This document shows, in pieces, positions 17,047 to 24,710 of a stretch of 32,000 nucleotides of DNA. The stretch's first letter is position 1. Each line of letters starts with the position of its first letter. The position numbers were made by a program, and so were the translations under genes. Under the pieces are notes generated by a model, which had not been told where the DNA came from, did not search any database, and saw only the letters and a list, made by a program, of their open reading frames with translations. The DNA comes from Planctopirus limnophila DSM 3776 (lineage in GTDB: Bacteria; Planctomycetota; Planctomycetia; Planctomycetales; Planctomycetaceae): contig NC_014148.1 of NCBI RefSeq assembly GCF_000092105.1, positions 4,680,001 through 4,712,000 of the forward strand, in the 5' to 3' direction.

Positions 17047-18288
17047 TTAGAAACGAATGCCAAAACGGGCCATGAAGGTGTCAGAGAGATCGAAGTTGGG
17101 TGTGCCGTACTTGAAATCGACCTCACGTCCGAGGACCGCACCGACTTCGATGAATTTTTCGTAATAGCAGTGATCGCTGCGAATACCCAGCATCACTCGC
17201 CAATCAGTAAACTGGATCTGCTCGGCGATATCTGGCCCCTGCATCTGGATTTGATAGCTTTCTGCGTAGAAGCCACCGGAGACATAGAGCCAGTGGCTCC
17301 CATTGAGGAAATTCCCCATGAAATAACTGATTTTGCCTCGGGGGAAGAGCACCTGGAACTCCCATCGGTCACTGGGCAACCAGATCACACCGCCGTAAGG
17401 CAACAGAAAGTTATCCACACGATCCCAGTAGGTGACACCACCGACTATGGTGAATGTGGGAGATGCCTGATAGACCAGGGCGGCAGTACCATCCCAGTTA
17501 AACGCATCGGAACCGAGGCTGGCAGTCAAGTCAGAGTTGATCGAAGGATTGAAGCCCACCCGCACACCCCAGCCATTGACCGGGACGGTATCGAGTTGCA
17601 TATCGAGACCAAAACGATAGACCTCACCAGGCAGGTTGGGGGAAAGTGGGCCATCCCAGAATCGCATGCCGAATTGCGGGGCGATGGAGAATAAGCCGCC
17701 CCGTCCGATGATCGTGTTGTAGCGCAATTCACTGTCGATTTCGAAGATCTGCATATCGCCGCTGGCATTCCCCCCAGTTGCATTGGCGGGAGCGAGCCAC
17801 CCCAGTTCCAGGCTGGGAATCCATCCGGTGCGGAAAGGTTGCGGGCCATTGACACCAAAGACCTGGGAACCCCCGAAAGCATTCATCGAATCGGGAACGG
17901 CATTTCCTGGATATTGCAGAAAAGGATCCTGATAACCTCCTTGCGGGGCCAGATAAGGGGCCTGATCGGTAGGAACCTGATATTGAGGAGACGCCCCAGC
18001 CGGTGGAGCCCCTAAGGAAGGGTTGTAAGGTTGCTCAAACGTGGGAGAAGGGGATTGCGCTCGAATGGCCTGCTCGAATTCTTCCGAGCGATTGTAGCCA
18101 ATCAGAGAAGATGTCTGATTGTTGGCATAAGTGAAGCGTGGCCCGTGTGGCAGGAAGCTCTGGGCGTGAGCCGGAACATCATGGGCGAGGCAACAGGTGC
18201 ATGCCAGAACCACACCCACCAATCTCCAGGCGAATGAAGAGAGTTGGCGTGTGCCCGAAAGCATGTAGTAGTCAGGAGATCCATCCAT
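17047..18288 (-). CDS. Outer-membrane beta-barrel (porin-like) protein, possibly planctomycete BBP7/DUF1551 type
   Basis: The start is probably ATG 18288 (GGAG 7 nt upstream) or ATG 18264. Signal peptide: FAWRLVGVVLACTCCLAHDVPAHA. The protein is rich in Gly/aromatic residues with alternating beta-strand patterns. The terminal ...MARFGIRF ends in the Phe typical of OMP barrels. Confidence 0.6.
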   Translation of the reverse strand: MDGSPDYYMLSGTRQLSSFAWRLVGVVLACTCCLAHDVPAHAQSFLPHGPRFTYANNQTSSLIGYNRSEEFEQAIRAQSPSPTFEQPYNPSLGAPPAGASPQYQVPTDQAPYLAPQGGYQDPFLQYPGNAVPDSMNAFGGSQVFGVNGPQPFRTGWIPSLELGWLAPANATGGNASGDMQIFEIDSELRYNTIIGRGGLFSIAPQFGMRFWDGPLSPNLPGEVYRFGLDMQLDTVPVNGWGVRVGFNPSINSDLTASLGSDAFNWDGTAALVYQASPTFTIVGGVTYWDRVDNFLLPYGGVIWLPSDRWEFQVLFPRGKISYFMGNFLNGSHWLYVSGGFYAESYQIQMQGPDIAEQIQFTDWRVMLGIRSDHCYYEKFIEVGAVLGREVDFKYGTPNFDLSDTFMARFGIRF

Positions 18289-18504
18289 GGCAAAGCTCCA
18301 GCAGCCACAATTCCTGCCAGTCAATTTCACTCGCATGATCCTCATGGCGGGTGGACTGGCAATTAATCCGTCACTCACGAACCATCGAGCGGGAACAGTT
18401 CGCACGAAGGCCCTTGAGAGCTGGTCAGTGGCCGCGGTGAGAATGTTGGGGAAATCGGCAATTTCGTCAACATCATTTCCGGCAAGGATTGCCGATGGCA
18501 GAAT

Positions 18505-19998
18505 ATGTGCATTTCGATAAGGAGCAAAGTGGAAGCGAGCCGGGCTGAGAATTCATCACAGCAACCTGACGATCTGCCAGTGGAGGGAAAGAGTTCTCGT
18601 TCGTCGAGGGCCATTGCACTGCTGGTGGCGGCGTGCTTTTTTATGGAGCATCTGGACAGTACGGTGATTGCCACGGCGTTGCCTCAAATGGCCATCTCGT
18701 TTGGCGAAAACCCTGTCGATCTGAACATGGGGTTGTCGGCTTACCTGTTTGCCCTGGCGATTTTTATTCCGCTCAGTGGCTGGCTGGCAGATCGACTGGG
18801 AGCGAGACGGGTCTTTGCGACGGCAATCGTCGTTTTCACTCTGGCATCGGTGCTGTGCGGGTTCAGTCAGAGTTTGTCGCAATTTACCTGTGCGCGTGTC
18901 CTGCAGGGGCTGGGTGGAGCGATGATGGTGCCCGTCGGCCGCGCGGTGGTGCTGCAGGCGACATCGAAGCAGGATCTGTTGCGTTCCATTGCCTATCTCA
19001 CCTGGCCTGCGCTGTTTGGGCCATTAATCGGGCCTCCCCTGGGCGGGCTGATCACGACATATGCTTCGTGGCCATGGATTTTTTACTTGAATGTCCCCTT
19101 GGGAGTGGTGGCCTTCGCGCTGACGCTACGGATGATCCCGCCCATTCCCAGTGAGCATCAGAATCCGTTTGACCTGATGGGCTTCTGCCTGTGCGGTCTG
19201 GCGTCGTCCTGTCTGTTGTATGGCATGGAGTTGATTGGCCAGCCGGGCGAGAACTGGAGTCTGGCTGTTTCTTTGCTGATTGGCAGTCTGTTCGCGGGGA
19301 GTTTGATGATTGTCCATCTGCTGAGAACACCTCATCCACTGTTTGATCTGCGGGTCTTCTGGTATCCCACGTTTCAGGTGACGATGCTGGGGGGAGGGTT
19401 GTTCCGCATGGTGGTGGGATCGACGAGTTTTCTGTTTCCACAACTGTTTCAAGTGGGGTTTGGTTACAGCGCAGCGAAGTCAGGGTTTTTGATGCTCGCC
19501 ATTTTCGCGGGAAATCTGGGGATGAAACCTGCGACGACATTCATGCTCAGGCGTTATGGGATCCGGCGCGTCTTGATCGTAAACGGCTTGATTTGTGCAG
19601 CAACACTCTGGGCCTGCACGGCAATCCAGGCCCAGACCCCGATCATGCTGATCATGGCGATTCTGTTTGCTGGCGGGCTTTCGCGTTCGATGCAGTTTAC
19701 CTGCCTGAATACCCTGGCGTTCTCAGATATCCCTCCGACTTTAACCGGACAGGCCAATGTCATTTTCAGCCTGGGGCGGCAACTGCATATCGGCGTGGGG
19801 ATCGCTGCCGCAGCTCTGTCACTCAGGCTTTCGTCACTCTGGACGGGATCGTCGATCGATCTGGAAACCGCCGTTCCCTCACTGATCGACTTCCAGATCA
19901 CACTCGGGTTGATTGGTGGGATGGTGGTAATTTCGACGATCGACAGTTGGCGACTCGCTCACGATGCGGCGGCAGAAGTGACCGGCCATCGGATCTGA
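18505..19998 (+). CDS. MFS transporter, DHA2 (EmrB/QacA-like, 14-TMS) family
   Basis: ATG 18505. An in-frame GTG at 18529, preceded by AAGGAG at 18519-18524, is an alternative start. TGA 19996-19998. LDSTVIATALPQMA and the motif-A-like LSGWLADRLGARRVF are present. The protein is hydrophobic throughout. Confidence 0.88.
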   Translation: MCISIRSKVEASRAENSSQQPDDLPVEGKSSRSSRAIALLVAACFFMEHLDSTVIATALPQMAISFGENPVDLNMGLSAYLFALAIFIPLSGWLADRLGARRVFATAIVVFTLASVLCGFSQSLSQFTCARVLQGLGGAMMVPVGRAVVLQATSKQDLLRSIAYLTWPALFGPLIGPPLGGLITTYASWPWIFYLNVPLGVVAFALTLRMIPPIPSEHQNPFDLMGFCLCGLASSCLLYGMELIGQPGENWSLAVSLLIGSLFAGSLMIVHLLRTPHPLFDLRVFWYPTFQVTMLGGGLFRMVVGSTSFLFPQLFQVGFGYSAAKSGFLMLAIFAGNLGMKPATTFMLRRYGIRRVLIVNGLICAATLWACTAIQAQTPIMLIMAILFAGGLSRSMQFTCLNTLAFSDIPPTLTGQANVIFSLGRQLHIGVGIAAAALSLRLSSLWTGSSIDLETAVPSLIDFQITLGLIGGMVVISTIDSWRLAHDAAAEVTGHRI

Positions 19999-20053
19999 CG
20001 GCTCGCCCCATACGTGCGGGCTCGCCAAATACGTTCGAGTTCTCCTCATCCCA

Positions 20054-20081
20054 TCCTTCTCCCGTCAGAACGGGAGAAGGA
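20054..20081 (+). terminator. Hairpin downstream of the MFS gene (terminator-like, no U-tract)
   Basis: CCTTCTCCCG (20055-20064) pairs perfectly with CGGGAGAAGG (20071-20080), with loop TCAGAA and an extra T20054-A20081 pair. It lies 57 nt after the stop. No T-run follows on either strand, so its function is uncertain. Confidence 0.4.
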
Positions 20082-20284
20082 GCAAAACCCTCGCCCGCGT
20101 CCTGTACCACAGGGTTCCAGACACCTCTTCTCCAGCCAGTAATTGACAAAGCACACGAGCAACGTTGTACCTCAGAGACAGCCGCGTAAGCAGGTATGCT
20201 TGCAGTGCACAGCCAGACTGCGGAAGATATTGCCAACCGATTTTCACGTCGCGATCAATTGACCTTCAGCAGCAGGTGCCACTT

Positions 20285-20809
20285 ATGGATTTGCGGGAAT
20301 ACATTCGCAGCATTCCAGACTTCCCCAAACCCGGAATCCTGTTTCGCGATATCACCCCCTTACTCTCCAATCCCGATGCCTTTGGCTACGCGATTGACGA
20401 ATTCAAACGCACCTTCGCACCCACTCGACCCACAGCTATTCTGGCGGCGGAATCGCGGGGCTTCCTCTTTGGGGCACCACTTGCTCTTGCTTTAGGTGCA
20501 GCCTTCATCCCCGTACGAAAGCCCGGCAAGCTCCCTTACAAAACACGCAAATTCTCCTACGACCTCGAATACGGTTCCGACTCGCTCGAAATTCACGTCG
20601 ATGCCGTTGGCCAGGGGAGCCGGGTGCTGTTGATCGATGATCTGCTCGCCACCGGCGGCACCATCGAAGCCTGCGCAAAACTCGCTCAAGAAGCCGGTGC
20701 CGAAGCCGTCGGCTGTGGCTTCGTCGTCGAACTCTCTTTCCTCGATGGCCGCAAAAAGCTGGGGAACTACCCCATCAAGAGCCTCATCACTTATGATGGG
20801 GAAACCTGA
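20285..20809 (+). CDS. apt: Adenine phosphoribosyltransferase
   Basis: Start at ATG 20285 ([27 protein letters not shown], the canonical Apt N-terminus); the track ORF starts at 20165. PRPP-binding motif [16 protein letters not shown] 20807-20809. 174 aa. Confidence 0.93.
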   Translation: MDLREYIRSIPDFPKPGILFRDITPLLSNPDAFGYAIDEFKRTFAPTRPTAILAAESRGFLFGAPLALALGAAFIPVRKPGKLPYKTRKFSYDLEYGSDSLEIHVDAVGQGSRVLLIDDLLATGGTIEACAKLAQEAGAEAVGCGFVVELSFLDGRKKLGNYPIKSLITYDGET

Positions 20810-20925
20810 TCTTTTGCTACCATTCATGAACCACTGGCAACGATCAGGCCATTATGCCTCATCAACGCCGGTACAAAGTCTCTCATGTTCCTATGGATGA
20901 ACCACTCTTTGAAAGGATGCTCACC

Positions 20926-21501
20926 ATGATGAATCGTCGCGAAGCCCTGGCTACTGCCGTTGCAGCAGCCACTGTGGGATCTCACCTGTTTGCAGCGGAA
21001 GGCAAAAAATTGAGCAAGGTCTACTTTGATATCAGCATTGGCGGCAAACCCGCCGGTAAAATCGTCATGGAACTCCGTGATGACGTAGTTCCCAAGACAG
21101 CCGAAAACTTCCGCGCTCTCTGCACAGGCGAAAAAGGTTTCGGCTTCAAAGGCTCCTCCTTCCACCGCGTGATTCCCGGCTTCATGTGCCAGGGTGGTGA
21201 CTTCACCAATCACAACGGCACCGGGGGCAAGTCGATCTACGGCAGCAAGTTCGCCGACGAAAACTTCCAGCTCAAGCACACCGGCCCAGGCATTCTGAGC
21301 ATGGCCAATGCCGGCCCCAACACCAACGGCTCGCAGTTCTTCCTCTGCACCGAAAAGACCGAATGGCTCGACGGCAAGCACGTCGTCTTCGGCTCAGTTG
21401 TGGAAGGCATGGATGTCGTCAAGGCCATCGAAAAGGTCGGCAGCCAAAGCGGCAAGACCAGCCAGAAGGTCGAAATCACCGACTGCGGCGAAGTGAAGTA
21501 G
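20926..21501 (+). CDS. Cyclophilin-type peptidyl-prolyl cis-trans isomerase with an N-terminal export signal
   Basis: The likely start is ATG 20926 (AAGGA 9 nt upstream); other in-frame ATGs are at 20917 and 20929. [26 protein letters not shown] looks like a Tat/Sec signal. The core has [28 protein letters not shown] and [24 protein letters not shown] 21499-21501. Confidence 0.9.
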   Translation: MMNRREALATAVAAATVGSHLFAAEGKKLSKVYFDISIGGKPAGKIVMELRDDVVPKTAENFRALCTGEKGFGFKGSSFHRVIPGFMCQGGDFTNHNGTGGKSIYGSKFADENFQLKHTGPGILSMANAGPNTNGSQFFLCTEKTEWLDGKHVVFGSVVEGMDVVKAIEKVGSQSGKTSQKVEITDCGEVK

Positions 21502-21639
21502 TTTGGTGGGTGGTTGTGGGTGGATGGTTGGGATTTGCTGTTGGCTGTTGGGTATTGGGTGTTTGTCACTGATCCAGTAGGTGGCACCCCAAAGGGTGGC
21601 ACGTCCCTGAGGTCCGCCGAAGGGCGTGGTCTTCATCCG
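21502..21639 (+). repeat. G/T-rich degenerate heptad tract followed by a left-module copy of the intergenic repeat family
   Basis: 21502-21565 is GT-rich with TTGGGTG-like units (for example TTGGGTATTGGGTG), the complement of the CACCCAA repeat at 23963-24039. 21580-21639 holds GGTGGCACCCCAAAGGGTGGCACGTCCCTGAGGTCCGCCGAAGGGCGTGGTCTTCATCCG. This matches GGTGGCACGACCCTGGAGG...AAGGGCGTGGTCTTTAC of the long copies. Confidence 0.65.
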
Positions 21640-21828
21640 ACTGACTGACACCCAACCTCCTGTCAGAATTCGCTTTCACAATGCCCATCTACCCACCGAC
21701 ACAGCCCAAAGTCTCTTCCAGCAACGACGAAAGCAGTTATAAAAAGGCACCCGGTGTTCTATGCAACACCGGGTGCTTTCATTGAGTCTAGGATTTTACC
21801 GAAACGAAAAGACTCTCAACCAGCAACT

Positions 21829-22293
21829 TCATGACTCGACAGGTTCATGAGCGACCGCCTGTTGCAAAGCGCTAATAAGCGTTTGAACCGACTTCTCGTC
21901 CAGCTTTGAAGACGTTCTCAACCAATTTTCAAAGGCAGGAACCTGCTCGGACTTGGACAATGTATCCACTCGACGCAATTTTGTCAGAATGTCATCCGCG
22001 ATCATTTCGAGCGTCTGCGGCGCGCTGGAAGGCCCACTGCCCCCATGCTCAACAATACCTCCTTCACGGATGGCTAATTGAGCACCCTCGGAGCTTGGCT
22101 TTTTCGTTGCCTGAAAGCGGCTGACAAACTCCTGCCCGACAACATCGAGTGTATAGGGCAATTCCTTGAGTCGATTGTTCGTCTGCTCTCCGGTGTCTGT
22201 CGAGCAACCCGAAAAGATGAATACCCAAAGGCAGAGAAATATGCCAACTGCCGCATGGCTGTGGCGGATAGTATTAAGAAAATTAGAATTCAC
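21829..22293 (-). CDS. Small hypothetical lipoprotein
   Basis: The track ORF starts at TTG 22341, inside the upstream gene. An in-frame GTG at 22291-22293 gives VNSNFLNTIRHSHAAVGIFLCLWVFIFSGC with a lipobox-like FSGC, followed by a soluble helical-looking domain. This start overlaps the DUF1559 stop region by 11 nt. Confidence 0.5.
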   Translation of the reverse strand: MNSNFLNTIRHSHAAVGIFLCLWVFIFSGCSTDTGEQTNNRLKELPYTLDVVGQEFVSRFQATKKPSSEGAQLAIREGGIVEHGGSGPSSAPQTLEMIADDILTKLRRVDTLSKSEQVPAFENWLRTSSKLDEKSVQTLISALQQAVAHEPVES

Positions 22294-23392
22294 CGAGAAC
22301 CTCGTTTTCTCCCTTGGTACCCAACGCCCACCATGTCGCAAGATCTACACTGTTGGAGACAAAACGTACCGAGCCATCCATCATCGTCACATGGACGCCA
22401 CCCGTATGTTCGCTGGAGGCCGTGATCCCGCCATCTCCTTCATGGCAACGAAATGTCTCCGTGCTGTAGGCGGCAATATTGACTGTATTGGGAGGGAAGA
22501 GATGGGCGTAAACATGTTTCTGCCAAGAATCGGTATACATCCATGAATGGCCCTTATAAGTTGTCCAGGAGGCGAAGTTGATTGGATTCGCTAGTCCATC
22601 CCGCACAACGTTGTCGATGTAGGCATCGTACTGCTCAATGGCTGCGGAGTTGGTGTACGAGAGATTGCGGCGCCGGTCAGTATGTGAGCTACTCGAAGCA
22701 ACAAGTGATTCACTCAGCATGGCGGTGTTGGAAGTTCCGTCAGTCACGTCACGAATACGAACCACGTTGTTCGTTGTCTGCGACCAATTCGCACTAAACC
22801 CGCAGCCGGGATTCATTCGGGACATTGTGACGATCCCTTTTGACGGTGGGGGTGGGCCACCGCTTGTTGAAGGCTGGCCAGGCATCAGCAGGTTTCTTGG
22901 GCGACCAGCATTCGCCAGATAGCTGAAATTAGCAGCAGGAATCCCATCCGCCGTATTGACCATCGACTCTGACGGGCATTTGAAGGCTGGCATCTGAATT
23001 CGGGATACCCGCATCTGGTTCGTCGTTCCCGCGGCAAATTCAGACCAGCCACCGCCCGAAGAAAAATTCAACTCATTATATGCCGGAGCCTGATCGATAA
23101 ACGGCAGGATGAAGCAATACCATGACTTGCCACCCGCTCGGCCATTCCCGCCGGTATAGTCACCTGCGATTCGATGCTGGTGAATCGGCGTGGTGCCGTG
23201 CGTTTCCATATAGTTGTGGAACGCCAAACCCAACTGCTTCAGATTATTACGGCATTGAGTTCTTCGCGCGGCTTCTCGCGCCTGCTGCACTGCTGGCAGC
23301 AATAGCGCAATCAGAATGGCAATGATCGCAATCACCACCAGCAACTCAATCAGCGTAAATCCAGACTTCCTCGAAGACATCAACTTCGACAT
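22283..23392 (-). CDS. DUF1559 protein with type II secretion/prepilin N-terminal cleavage-methylation domain
   Basis: ATG 23392 (alternative ATG 23380). GFTLIELLVVIAIIAILIALLLPAVQQAREAARRTQCRNNLKQLGLAFHNY is the hallmark planctomycete DUF1559 N-terminus. The C-terminal H-x9-DG type motif is HTGGVHVTMMDGSVRFV. Confidence 0.93.
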   Translation of the reverse strand: MSKLMSSRKSGFTLIELLVVIAIIAILIALLLPAVQQAREAARRTQCRNNLKQLGLAFHNYMETHGTTPIHQHRIAGDYTGGNGRAGGKSWYCFILPFIDQAPAYNELNFSSGGGWSEFAAGTTNQMRVSRIQMPAFKCPSESMVNTADGIPAANFSYLANAGRPRNLLMPGQPSTSGGPPPPSKGIVTMSRMNPGCGFSANWSQTTNNVVRIRDVTDGTSNTAMLSESLVASSSSHTDRRRNLSYTNSAAIEQYDAYIDNVVRDGLANPINFASWTTYKGHSWMYTDSWQKHVYAHLFPPNTVNIAAYSTETFRCHEGDGGITASSEHTGGVHVTMMDGSVRFVSNSVDLATWWALGTKGENEVLGEF

Positions 23393-23826
23393 AGTGACCG
23401 CCCCCTAAAATCTTGAACCATCCGGGAAAAAACGGATAAATACATACCAATGCGTATATAGGCTCATCTGACGACTAACCCTCTATAGAACGAACTGAAA
23501 TGCTACAATGCACCTCATCACTGCCTAGTCCAGTTCTTCATCTCGACGAATATTCACGAAAATTTGTTCGTGCATCAAACATCGTTAGACACCTCACAAA
23601 ACCAAGCACATCAGGAGGTTAAAACGATTGAATTGACCATGAGCGACAACAGGATGCACGCACACTTGCTCGCGCTCATCTTCTGCCAGATCGCACCATG
23701 CTCGGCCAACTCATTCGCTGGAACATCAGCCTCCTGGTGACTCAATCAGCATCGCGAAACCTCTTGCGTACCACTACTGGCTCGCCAGCAATGTCTTGCC
23801 CCGATCAAACTCCACACGACAGCGGG

Positions 23827-23896
23827 GGCACACCCTGAGGTCTTCCCCAAGGCGTGGTCTTCTTTTAACTTTCCGCCATCCCAACCGCCCAGCCAC
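23827..23896 (+). repeat. Left-module fragment of the intergenic repeat family
   Basis: GGCACACCCTGAGG (23827-23840) and AAGGCGTGGTCTTC (23849-23862) match the GGCACG.CCCTG.AGG / AAGGGCGTGGTCTT pair seen at 21598-21634, 27726-27764 and 31631-31683. CCCAGCCAC follows at 23888-23896. Confidence 0.6.
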
Positions 23897-23962
23897 AGGT
23901 TTCGACTTTCCCACGCCATTCAAACAACGTAGCTTCAATGAACATCACCACCGCATGGGCCA

Positions 23963-24039
23963 CACCCAACACCCAACACCCAACACCCAACACCCAACAC
24001 CCAACACCCAACACCAAATACCAAATACCAAATACCCAA
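23963..24039 (+). repeat. Heptanucleotide tandem repeat: (CACCCAA)x7 perfect plus 4 degenerate units
   Basis: There are seven perfect CACCCAA units (23963-24011). They are followed by CACCAAA, TACCAAA, TACCAAA and TACCCAA (to 24039). The tract ends 5 nt before the MOSC ATG at 24045. Confidence 0.95.
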
Positions 24040-24044
24040 CAACC

Positions 24045-24710
24045 ATGCCCCTCGGTCATATCACCTCCCTGCAAGTCGGCAGACCGCAACAGCGGCCCGC
24101 GCTGAGTGACCGGCAACCCGCCTATTGGACAGGCTTCTGGAAATCTCCCGTCACAGGGCGATTACTCCTCGATGCTCATGGACTCGAAGGGGATGGTCAG
24201 GCCGATCTCATCAATCATGGCGGCACCGACAAAGCCCTCTGCATCTATGCCGCCCTGCATTACCCCGCATGGAAAACCACACTGCAGCGAGATGATTTCT
24301 CTTACGGTGCCTTTGGCGAAAATCTCACGGTCAGTGGCGAAACTCTTCATGAAGCCGAAGTCTGCGTCGGCGATCTCTGGGCCATTGGCACAGCCAGGCT
24401 CCAGGTCTCTCAACCGCGCCAACCCTGCTGGAAGCTGGGCCGCCGCTGGGAAATGACCGATCTTCCCGGCAAAGTCATTCAGACCGGCAAGACGGGCTGG
24501 TACCTGCGCGTCATTCAGCCGGGAACATTGGCTCAAGGCGATGAAATCACACTCATCGCGCGACCAGCACCTGCCTGGCCCATCAGCCGCCTGAACCAAC
24601 TGATGTACCGCGAAAAGCAAAACATCAGCCTGCTCAAAGAAGCTTTGGCACTTCCGTTTCTCTCGACCAGTTGGCGCGACACCTTCATGAGCCGCCTGCA
24701 TTCGTCATAA
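24045..24710 (+). CDS. MOSC domain-containing protein (YiiM-like)
   Basis: The start is taken at ATG 24045 (MPLGHITSLQVGRPQ...), giving 221 aa; the track ORF runs from TTG 23796 through repeat DNA. DKALCIYA, GAFGENLTVSG and VSQPRQPCWKLG (conserved Cys) are MOSC-like. TAA 24708-24710. Confidence 0.85.
   Translation: MPLGHITSLQVGRPQQRPALSDRQPAYWTGFWKSPVTGRLLLDAHGLEGDGQADLINHGGTDKALCIYAALHYPAWKTTLQRDDFSYGAFGENLTVSGETLHEAEVCVGDLWAIGTARLQVSQPRQPCWKLGRRWEMTDLPGKVIQTGKTGWYLRVIQPGTLAQGDEITLIARPAPAWPISRLNQLMYREKQNISLLKEALALPFLSTSWRDTFMSRLHSS

Noticed and set aside
16884-17141. An 86-aa N-terminal extension of the GlmU-like ORF that overlaps the porin-like gene.
   Set aside because: The nucleotidyltransferase G-loop (LAAGKSTRM) must sit near the N-terminus. 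ATG 16883 gives the canonical MAAPLAIVLAAGK start and removes the overlap with the upstream gene's 3' end.
20165-20284. A 40-aa extension of apt, and similar upstream extensions of the PPIase (20854), permease (26198), porin (18405) and Cys-rich protein (28830) ORFs.
   Set aside because: Family-typical N-termini or signal peptides begin at internal start codons, and the extensions have no homology-like features.
23963-24039. The heptad tract read as a CRISPR array or a telomere-like repeat.
   Set aside because: The units are 7 nt with no spacers, so it is not a CRISPR array. The tract is internal to a gene-dense region with normal genes on both sides, so it is not a replicon end.
23796-24044. 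A long N-terminal extension of the MOSC ORF (304 aa in the track), including HPTPNTQ peptide repeats.
   Set aside because: The extension is translated from the left-module repeat and the heptanucleotide microsatellite and starts at a TTG. MOSC/YiiM homologues begin like MPLGHITSLQVG, so ATG 24045 is the credible start.
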